Positions 24,574 through 32,000 of a stretch of 32,000 nucleotides of DNA are shown one piece after another. Position 1 is the first letter of the stretch. Each line of letters opens with the position of its first letter. The position numbers and the translations under genes are program-made. The notes beneath the pieces are model-generated. The model saw only the letters and a program-made list of their open reading frames with translations, was not told where the DNA came from and did not search any database. The stretch lies in contig OY781871.1 in NCBI GenBank assembly GCA_963677105.1, positions 120,001-152,000 of the forward strand, written 5' to 3'. Origin of the DNA: Candidatus Saccharimonadota bacterium. GTDB taxonomy: Bacteria; Patescibacteriota; Gracilibacteria; UBA4473.

Positions 24574-27500
24574 TCATGGTTTTACACAAGAATTATCGGG
24601 CGTATAATTTCCGAGTTTCTGAATCTCTGAAAGACTTAAGGCTCGATTGAAAACTCGAACTTCATCAATCTCTGCGTCTGAGGATGTCATCGCCGGACTA
24701 TCAATTCGTCCACCAATATATAGATCTCGTCCTGGCTCATTATTTAAAGTAGTTGCTCCAATATTATTCGTACCTCTCTCTACTCCATCAATATATAATT
24801 TTATATCTGTTCCATCAAAAACTCCTACTAAATGATACCAGGTATTTATTGATAATGCAGTAATATTATCCGTAACATATTGCTGTGGAACATCTGATTC
24901 AATATAAAATTGAGGAACATCAGAATTATTGTCTCCAATCATGAGAGCCCATTCACTGTCTCCTGAACCTTTCCATTTATTTACTCCTGCCGTATTTGCA
25001 TATCCTATACTACTTACCGTTTTTCTAACCCAAAAAGACACTGTCATGGCTCCAGAAAAATCCAACGAACTGTCGTCTGGTGTAATCGTAATTCCTCCTT
25101 TTAATGCATCACCTCTACTTCCTCCTCCAGTAACCCACGTTCCACCGGATGTAGTAGCATCATTTTCAAACTGAGACCAATCCGCAACAGTTCCTCCACT
25201 TCCCTCTTCAAATGCTAAGTACATTTTTGATCCTTCCAGTTCTGCTTCACAATTTCCCAATCGAGCTGTATTTTTTTGTACTAATTTTCCTCCGGATTTC
25301 ATTCTAATTTTTTGTGTTTCTCCTCCAAATCCAATTTTTGTAGAACCTTCCATTCGCATTGTAATACCATTATTTATGATCCAGTCTCCATACAATTGAT
25401 GTATTTCATCCACAAAAGTACAACTTTGTGTCGGCGTCCAATCCCCTGTTAATGGCGGAATACATGAATCAGGTTTACATTCCCCACGATAACAAGAACT
25501 CGTTCCGGTCCCTCCATCACTACATTGAATATCAAGCGTACAAGTTTCAGCTAAGGCTAAACACATTTTTGTTTTTGCCCATTCTGGGAAACGTCCAACT
25601 CCCTGTGAAACCATTGGCGGAACTCCATCGGCAAATCCAAATATCAATCCATTCGAAGTATCATCTGACTCAACCGTCCAAACTTCATCAGAATCTGTTC
25701 CAACAGTAATTGTGTCCGTATACCAAGCTCCTGCTGGAGTATGTGTCGCAGTTGATCCTTTTGATGTCCCACCAAATTCTTTAAATGTATATCCCGTTGT
25801 TCCCCCTGATAAATAATACATTTTAAAATCAAATGTACTTCCTGCCTGAGAATCTACCCAAAAAGAATAGGGAATCGGTGTTGTGGAATTATATTCTTGA
25901 TCAGCAAGCACTTCTAAATCAGCAGTACAAACATGCGATAAATCTGATATCGAATCTGCACGAACGAAATCTGTATCAAACACAACATAATTTCGAACAT
26001 CTGTTCCGCTGGTCACAATTTTAAATTGCCAAATCCCTAGGTCAGTTGTTGAAGGAATCGTAATTTTTTTCCATCGTAAATCCGAAACGGGATCTGTAGA
26101 TAAAGTTGTTCCATCATCATTAAAACATCCTGTTGATGTATTCGTTGGATCACATGTTCCTGATGTCCACGAAGTAATGGTTGCACTGGATACAGCCGTT
26201 CCATTAGGGCGATATAACATAATCGATGTTGTATCTGTTCCTGCTGTATCATTTCCATCTCTCATTGCTATAGTAATATTTACTTCATTTCCTGCAGATC
26301 GTTCAAACCAAAAGTTTTTATCACCATTTCGTGACGAAGATAATACCTGACACGTTGGTGTTCCGTCGTCATCTTCATCGTAACAAAATTTTGAATCCAC
26401 TATTCCTCCTTCTAAGTAACTTGTCCCATTATTACTACACGGCTCTGTTTCATTTGCGGTACAATCTGATTGACATTCTCCAGCTACACAAAGCGTACTA
26501 TCACAAAAACTTCCATTATCGCAATAGTTTGTAATTTTCGTTGTATCAGTACTTTCAAACGTTGAACTATTTCCTAATGAATCTTTTGAGGTATATCGAA
26601 ATTGATGACACATTTCTACTGATCCAGAAGTAGAATAATTTGTCGCCGCCGCAGTTTCATTTACCCCGGCATCAGTCCATGTTCCAAATGTTCCACACGT
26701 TGATCCAATTAATATTGCTGTTCGAACTTCTAATAAATAATCACTATCTGTCGTAGACATTCCATTGTTATCTGTTCCCGGAGATACTGTTACAGAAATC
26801 GTTGTGGAATTTTGTAATCCATCAAAATGAGAAACACTTCCATTTATTGGTCCTGTTGCATCTACACAATCATTACTATTACAACTAAATCCTACAGGAC
26901 ATTCTGAACCCGTATCACAATCTTTCCATATCCCTCCATCACAAAAATCGTTATCTCCGTCGCCATCTACATCGGATCCAGCAAATCCTGCTGTAGTACA
27001 CGTATTCCCCGCCGCACAATCTGTAGCCGCATTACAACAAGCCGTGTCATCCGTAATTGTACCGTCCATTGTTCCATCACTTGCCGCCGTTGTGCGAGCA
27101 TATTCATCAGTATCATCTCCACAACAAGTAATTGCTGCCACTTCTCCTCCAAGATTCCAATTATTTCCATCGTTCGTACATGTAGTTGAATCAGAATCTT
27201 GCGCATACCACACACCACTTCTACATTGCTCTGTATCTGTTCCATCTCCACCTCCTGTGTCTCGAAACGTATTATTTGTATAACATCCATATTGTTCTGT
27301 TACATTTCCTTGTAAAGAGTCATCCACACAGTCTGTACTATTTGGACAACATCCTGTAGAACTTGCTCCATCTGCTCCAGAACCAGTTTCATCAATCTTA
27401 TATCCAAACATTACTCCTCCAAATCCAGTATCCCATTCTCGAATCTCCATCTGCGCAAAATGCCCTGAAGCATCTGCAAAATCCATTACATTATTATGAC

Positions 27501-30500
27501 TCCATATGTCAGCTGTAGTTCCTGAATGACTAGTTGTCCATGTTGTTGTGTCTCCCTGGTCGTAGGTAACCGTAATAGCATTTACATTGCTTTCGTTTGA
27601 ATCATATACATTTACACGAACACATAAATCTCCTGAAGAATAATCACTTGGTTGATACGCATGATCTCCACAATAGTCACCTACTGAAGAATCTCCATCT
27701 GTAAAATGATTCCCTGCACTATAATTTGTAGTAGTAACCTGCCCCATGGTCAACATCTCAACAGTACGACAAGTATTTGAATATGAACAAGCTCCGGCAT
27801 AAATACCAAGATTATCTCCCACACAAATTTCATCCGATGCACAGTCCGTATCTACTAAACATTCTTCAATAACAACTGTTGTACTACTACTCCACGCTGA
27901 TTCCTGAGATAGACCATCACGTGATCGAACAAACAAGAAGTTATCTCCTACACTTCCTGTAAAACTTGCACTCGCTGTCCCACTCCAACTGCTACTAGTA
28001 CATCCTGTAGTCGTATTGCTTGTGTTATGACAAAATTGATATTCAACAGAACCAGCACAACCCGTATCGGTTACCGTATTAGAAGTAACGGTTATATTCG
28101 TATCTGCCGTCGGCGTTGTTGGTTGATTGATTGTTGGAATCGGCGGGGCAGAATTATCAAATGTTGCAACCGGTGAAACACAATTAACTGTATTTCCATC
28201 TACATCAGAAATTTCTTCCGTACAAGTATTTCCACTTACTGTAACGGTACAAGTTCCTCCTGCGTCAGATATTCCTGATCCTGAATCTGTTGATCCACTC
28301 AATATAAAGTCCTGACTCGAACCAGTAACACATTGATCTGAACTCGGATCCCATGTTCCACAAACTGGATCTATATTATCAATACAATCACTTGATACAC
28401 AATTATATCCTGTTAAACATTGAGCTGCTGTAGAACAATCTTTCCATGTTCCTCCATCACAATAATCAATATCAGTATCGCCATCTACATCTGCTCCAGC
28501 CGATCCCGCAGTTGTACATACATTTGCGGCAGCACAATCTGTGGCTGCATTACAACAAGCTATAGAATCTGTAATCGTTCCATCCATCGATCCATCACTT
28601 GCTGGCGTTGCTCTAGAATATTCATTCGCATCATCTCCACAACAATTGGTTGAAGCTATTTCTCCTCCTAAATTCCACCCCCCTTCATTCCAGTTTTCTG
28701 CTCGAACACAAAGGTTACATCCTGTACTATCTGAATCCAATTGAATCGCATTCTCCGTACAAACTTCTCCACCAGACGTGTATGAAGTAAATGTTCCTCC
28801 TGATCGAATTGTCGGACAACTATCGTCTAATGTTGCCTCCGTTTGACACGTACCATTTGTATCACAGTATTTATCTACACACTGTCCAAATGTCGTAGAA
28901 GTATAAGCTGTATCTGTGTCATCACACCCACTTGCAGCACAACAACACGAATCATTTGAAGTTGATTTTTCTGATTCAATCGTACAATCTTGATCCCATA
29001 CTAAAACACAATCTTTATTACTCGATGCACTCAAAGAAGCAACTACTCCTGTATATCCTCCTCCAGTAGAAGAAAGTATTCCCGTTACATCACAACCCGA
29101 AGTAATTGAAACTTCTGTAACTCCTGTTGCCGCAGTAATTGAAGATGTATATTCTATGTTCGCCCACGCAAGAGCATCTGTTTCTCCTACTTGAATTGTT
29201 TCCGTCCATCGCTCTTTTGGTGAAGTTGTTGGCGCAACACACCAGTCTGATCGTGTGTCGTCAACTGTAGTTGTCTTTGTAACCACTGAGCCTTCTTTCC
29301 ATTTGAAAGTATACGATATCTGTCCACTCGCTGGAACTGTCAATGACTGATTTCCACAATCTATTGCAGTATACGTTCCTCCTGCCCCAGAAACACACGC
29401 ATCATTTAATGTTACATCTGCATCTACATCTGCCGAATTTGAAACGGTTACCGTACATTTTTCAAAATCATCTCCTCCAGCAATACTCGTCGAATCCGTA
29501 TCTTGTTCTACCGTACACGCAGAAACTGAAATTGCATCATCCCAAGTATAACAAAGTGATTGCTGTCCAATAGTGCTATCTGGCGCATGAATATCAAAAT
29601 CAACGGAATTTCCTGCAACACTTGAAAATCCATATTCATGTGTATCAATATCTGGATCATATTCTGGCGCTGCAATCGCATATGAATAATCCGCAGAAGG
29701 ATATAATGAATAAAATCGTTTCACCCAAAATTTATCTAATGTAAATACTCCGCTTCCATTATTCCACGCAATTTCAGCCGTTACGCCCCAATAATTTTCG
29801 TGGGAAATTATTAAATCTTGGTCACCATCATTATCCAAATCGTAATTGGTGATTCCACCATAATCATATGTGTCAAACAACATCGAACCTCTCGAGAAAT
29901 TCTGACTTCCATCATTTGTATAGAGATAATAATCCCCACTTGATCCAGTAGATTTAATATAATCTACATCGCCATCTCCAGTAAAATCAGCGGCTGTAAT
30001 TCCATAAGAAAGCCATGTGTCAGTGTCTTTTTGAACAGGAGCATCAAATGTATCATCTCCATTTCCATAATAAATATATGTCCCCGAACCATACATTTGA
30101 GCAATAACATCCATATTCCCATCGTCATCGAAGTCTGCTGCATCCATCCCTGAAACATAGCTTCCCGCATTTCCTGCTAAAGACAAAGCTGTGTGAGTAA
30201 AACTCCAACTTCCACCATTTTCAAAATAATGTTCTCCCTCATTTTCATCAATTCCAAAAATATCGTAATCTCCATCGTTATCGAAGTCTGCTACCGCTAA
30301 TCCTCGAATCTCATCTCCGGGGAAATAATCACTAGTAGTAACATATTGACTCGTAAATGTTCCAGAAGCTGATCCTGAATAAATTTGAATATCGCTATCT
30401 CCTCCGGATAAAATATCGAAATATCCATCGTTATTAAAATCCGCTACTTTCCCGTCTAAAGAATCATCTGTTCCTTCAAATAAATCTCCTTGATATTCCA

Positions 30501-32000
30501 ACACTCCTAATCCACTATCTCCATATATATTTGAATTCCAAACTTTTCCATCTCTATCAAAAATTGATACAAATATATCTTTCTGTATAAAATCTCCTGA
30601 ACACGTTGATCCATCATATACTGACCAACTATCTACTCCTGATGATAATGTTTCCGTATAATTCTGCGACCAACCAGCTCCTCGAACTGTCCCATCTGGA
30701 TTATTTACTGTTACCGTTTTTTTGTATGTCAAATCTTGTACTGCATCTCCTGCAGAAACTGTAATTGATTCTTGTGTGGCAGTTCCCCATGAAACAGTTG
30801 CTCGTACTGCACTATCACTATATGAGCTCGAATCATAGTTATTCGCCTGATCTCTACATACCACTCTATATGCCCAATCTCCATCTCCAGCAAAATCTGG
30901 ACATCCAGTACTTCCAACTCCAGCTCCCGTAACTGTACAACTACAACTACAACTTGTCCCCGTGCAAGCTTTCCAATCTGTTCCATTTCGTGTAACTCCA
31001 TTTTGAGTTCCCTGAAACTGACATTCTTTCATTCCATCATTTGTCGCATTTGTTGTGTCCATGTCATAACACGTTCCAGAAAGCGTCACTGTTTCCGTAT
31101 CATTAAATATCATAGAAGAAATACTCGCTGGTCCAGATGTTGGTTTATTATCCCATTCCGTCGTAAAATTAAGATTAAATTCACTTGATTCATTGTCTCG
31201 TACATCACGACATTTTATGTAGAAATTGTATGAACTTTCATCAATAATCTGTAATCGATGAAAGTGTGTTGTTTTATAATCATCATCCATTGGAACCATA
31301 TCGCCCCATGTATCTCCCGTCACAGGAGAATATCGACAAAGCGCTAATTCATCAGTATTAATTTTCCATACATACTCATATGTATTTTCTTCGGAAAGAA
31401 CCGGATCTGCTACAGCTGTTCCATTCGATGCTGGCGTATTAAAAGAAATGGTTGGCGCCACTGTATCAATCATGAATTCATAAGAATATTCCAGTGGTGA
31501 TCCATCTGTCGTATGAATGAGTGTTGTCCCATTATCATCTTTCATACGAACACGAACACGATAATCTCCATCCGTTTGTGTTCCTGTATTCCATCCTCCT
31601 GCCGTATCCCAAACCGCAGCAGTATCTAATTCTATCGTGCTCGCAAGTGCTGCAGAAGCATCTGACACAATTGTTGAAACCAGATTCCATGTAGAAGTTA
31701 CATATTTTTCTACGACAATGTCATAGGTGAGATCAAACGAACTTCCTCCAGTATTTTTAATATAGGATTCTGGCATCATATTTTCTGCCTTATCCCAAAT
31801 TATTTTCGGTGCGCCAACTCCATGCGCTTGAGGATCTGGACGTCCAGTAATCAACATTGAGTCTGAGTAATAATACCCCATAGTTGGGCTTCCTGTATAT
31901 GTCGCTTCTGGAACTCCATTAGTAGGACCACTCGTTGATTCATAAAAATCAATTGAATTTGAATTTGGATAAATAACTTCTATAACACCATCATCATCCG
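24574..32000 (-). CDS. Giant secreted/surface protein (more than 2470 aa, N-terminus outside the window) with FG-GAP/VCBS-like repeats, Cys-rich modules and a C-terminal LamG-like domain
   Basis: A single uninterrupted frame. I checked codon by codon that it stays open from the track M at 31881 to the window edge. The composition is Thr/Ser/Gly/Asp/Asn-rich. TGA stop at 24574-24576. Confidence 0.85.
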   Translation of the reverse strand, partial: DDDGVIEVIYPNSNSIDFYESTSGPTNGVPEATYTGSPTMGYYYSDSMLITGRPDPQAHGVGAPKIIWDKAENMMPESYIKNTGGSSFDLTYDIVVEKYVTSTWNLVSTIVSDASAALASTIELDTAAVWDTAGGWNTGTQTDGDYRVRVRMKDDNGTTLIHTTDGSPLEYSYEFMIDTVAPTISFNTPASNGTAVADPVLSEENTYEYVWKINTDELALCRYSPVTGDTWGDMVPMDDDYKTTHFHRLQIIDESSYNFYIKCRDVRDNESSEFNLNFTTEWDNKPTSGPASISSMIFNDTETVTLSGTCYDMDTTNATNDGMKECQFQGTQNGVTRNGTDWKACTGTSCSCSCTVTGAGVGSTGCPDFAGDGDWAYRVVCRDQANNYDSSSYSDSAVRATVSWGTATQESITVSAGDAVQDLTYKKTVTVNNPDGTVRGAGWSQNYTETLSSGVDSWSVYDGSTCSGDFIQKDIFVSIFDRDGKVWNSNIYGDSGLGVLEYQGDLFEGTDDSLDGKVADFNNDGYFDILSGGDSDIQIYSGSASGTFTSQYVTTSDYFPGDEIRGLAVADFDNDGDYDIFGIDENEGEHYFENGGSWSFTHTALSLAGNAGSYVSGMDAADFDDDGNMDVIAQMYGSGTYIYYGNGDDTFDAPVQKDTDTWLSYGITAADFTGDGDVDYIKSTGSSGDYYLYTNDGSQNFSRGSMLFDTYDYGGITNYDLDNDGDQDLIISHENYWGVTAEIAWNNGSGVFTLDKFWVKRFYSLYPSADYSYAIAAPEYDPDIDTHEYGFSSVAGNSVDFDIHAPDSTIGQQSLCYTWDDAISVSACTVEQDTDSTSIAGGDDFEKCTVTVSNSADVDADVTLNDACVSGAGGTYTAIDCGNQSLTVPASGQISYTFKWKEGSVVTKTTTVDDTRSDWCVAPTTSPKERWTETIQVGETDALAWANIEYTSSITAATGVTEVSITSGCDVTGILSSTGGGYTGVVASLSASSNKDCVLVWDQDCTIESEKSTSNDSCCCAASGCDDTDTAYTSTTFGQCVDKYCDTNGTCQTEATLDDSCPTIRSGGTFTSYTSGGEVCTENAIQLDSDSTGCNLCVRAENWNEGGWNLGGEIASTNCCGDDANEYSRATPASDGSMDGTITDSIACCNAATDCAAANVCTTAGSAGADVDGDTDIDYCDGGTWKDCSTAAQCLTGYNCVSSDCIDNIDPVCGTWDPSSDQCVTGSSQDFILSGSTDSGSGISDAGGTCTVTVSGNTCTEEISDVDGNTVNCVSPVATFDNSAPPIPTINQPTTPTADTNITVTSNTVTDTGCAGSVEYQFCHNTSNTTTGCTSSSWSGTASASFTGSVGDNFLFVRSRDGLSQESAWSSSTTVVIEECLVDTDCASDEICVGDNLGIYAGACSYSNTCRTVEMLTMGQVTTTNYSAGNHFTDGDSSVGDYCGDHAYQPSDYSSGDLCVRVNVYDSNESNVNAITVTYDQGDTTTWTTSHSGTTADIWSHNNVMDFADASGHFAQMEIREWDTGFGGVMFGYKIDETGSGADGASSTGCCPNSTDCVDDSLQGNVTEQYGCYTNNTFRDTGGGDGTDTEQCRSGVWYAQDSDSTTCTNDGNNWNLGGEVAAITCCGDDTDEYARTTAASDGTMDGTITDDTACCNAATDCAAGNTCTTAGFAGSDVDGDGDNDFCDGGIWKDCDTGSECPVGFSCNSNDCVDATGPINGSVSHFDGLQNSTTISVTVSPGTDNNGMSTTDSDYLLEVRTAILIGSTCGTFGTWTDAGVNETAAATNYSTSGSVEMCHQFRYTSKDSLGNSSTFESTDTTKITNYCDNGSFCDSTLCVAGECQSDCTANETEPCSNNGTSYLEGGIVDSKFCYDEDDDGTPTCQVLSSSRNGDKNFWFERSAGNEVNITIAMRDGNDTAGTDTTSIMLYRPNGTAVSSATITSWTSGTCDPTNTSTGCFNDDGTTLSTDPVSDLRWKKITIPSTTDLGIWQFKIVTSGTDVRNYVVFDTDFVRADSISDLSHVCTADLEVLADQEYNSTTPIPYSFWVDSQAGSTFDFKMYYLSGGTTGYTFKEFGGTSKGSTATHTPAGAWYTDTITVGTDSDEVWTVESDDTSNGLIFGFADGVPPMVSQGVGRFPEWAKTKMCLALAETCTLDIQCSDGGTGTSSCYRGECKPDSCIPPLTGDWTPTQSCTFVDEIHQLYGDWIINNGITMRMEGSTKIGFGGETQKIRMKSGGKLVQKNTARLGNCEAELEGSKMYLAFEEGSGGTVADWSQFENDATTSGGTWVTGGGSRGDALKGGITITPDDSSLDFSGAMTVSFWVRKTVSSIGYANTAGVNKWKGSGDSEWALMIGDNNSDVPQFYIESDVPQQYVTDNITALSINTWYHLVGVFDGTDIKLYIDGVERGTNNIGATTLNNEPGRDLYIGGRIDSPAMTSSDAEIDEVRVFNRALSLSEIQKLGNYTPDNSCVKP
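24577..25222 (-). other. LamG / concanavalin-A-like lectin domain at the C-terminus of the giant protein
   Basis: LAFEEGSGGTVADWS...MTVSFWVR...WYHLVGVFDGTDIKLYIDGVE...LYIGGR...DEVRVFNRALSLSEI matches the LamG (laminin G-like) jelly-roll pattern. Confidence 0.7.
26860..27165 (-). repeat. Cys-rich module, copy B (about 102 aa)
   Basis: WNLGGEVAAITCCGDDTDEYARTTAASDGTMDGTITDDTACCNAATDCAAGNTCTTAGFAGSDVDGDGDNDFCDGGIWKDCDTGSECPVGFSCNSNDCVD. It aligns with copy A along its whole length. Confidence 0.8.
28378..28680 (-). repeat. Cys-rich module, copy A (about 101 aa)
   Basis: WNLGGEIASTNCCGDDANEYSRATPASDGSMDGTITDSIACCNAATDCAAANVCTTAGSAGADVDGDTDIDYCDGGTWKDCSTAAQCLTGYNCVSSDCID. Confidence 0.8.
29800..30460 (-). 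repeat. FG-GAP/VCBS-like Ca-binding beta-propeller repeats
   Basis: Five D-x-[DN]-x-D-G-x-x-D loops at propeller-like spacing: ADFNNDGYFDI, ADFDNDGDYDI, ADFDDDGNMDV, ADFTGDGDVDY and YDLDNDGDQDL. Confidence 0.75.

Noticed and set aside
110-31188. Numerous 60-190-aa track ORFs antisense to or nested within the annotated genes (for example 9553-10128 plus, 10559-10897 minus, 22556-23035 plus, and many inside the giant gene)
   Set aside because: Each is fully contained in a longer ORF with clear homology or coherent composition. Their translations are low-complexity or show mirror-codon bias, which is typical of shadow ORFs.

Overview
AT-rich bacterial window under the standard genetic code: TGA and TAG both terminate long, well-supported ORFs. 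Conserved genes are ribB (5' truncated), an nrdD / redoxin / nrdG anaerobic RNR cluster behind tandem NrdR boxes, ldh, a 2Fe-2S ferredoxin, rpmG, an AI-2E permease, prmC, rpsU, an aroK-purN fusion, ruvB, rpsA and dnaB. They are interleaved with many signal-peptide proteins of unknown function: an SLH-domain protein, a 576-aa secreted protein, three tandem paralogues, a two-TM pilin-like protein, and a surface protein of more than 2470 aa (FG-GAP repeats, Cys-rich modules, LamG) that runs off the window. Native genes lack Shine-Dalgarno motifs and use sigma70-like promoters with short leaders. This style suggests a small-genome Patescibacteria/CPR-like organism, but that is inference only. Items worth follow-up: (1) nrdD stops at an in-frame TAG before its glycyl-radical motif, which sits in a downstream mini-ORF behind its own promoter-like signal. 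(2) A roughly 0.53-kb ORF-free, hairpin-dense locus between ruvB and rpsA has a near-consensus promoter and a hairpin+U8 end, and I could not assign it to tmRNA, RNase P or SRP. (3) The 10-mer GTGTTCCTCC occurs once in that locus and twice in tandem in a distant 3' UTR. (4) Phased TTTGNAN heptad arrays recur in at least six intergenic regions. (5) A two-gene insert (T9SS-type sorting domain protein plus FGE-sulfatase-fold protein) has perfect AAGGAGG-N6-ATG signals that the other genes lack. No CRISPR array, tRNA, rRNA, transposase or integrase was seen.
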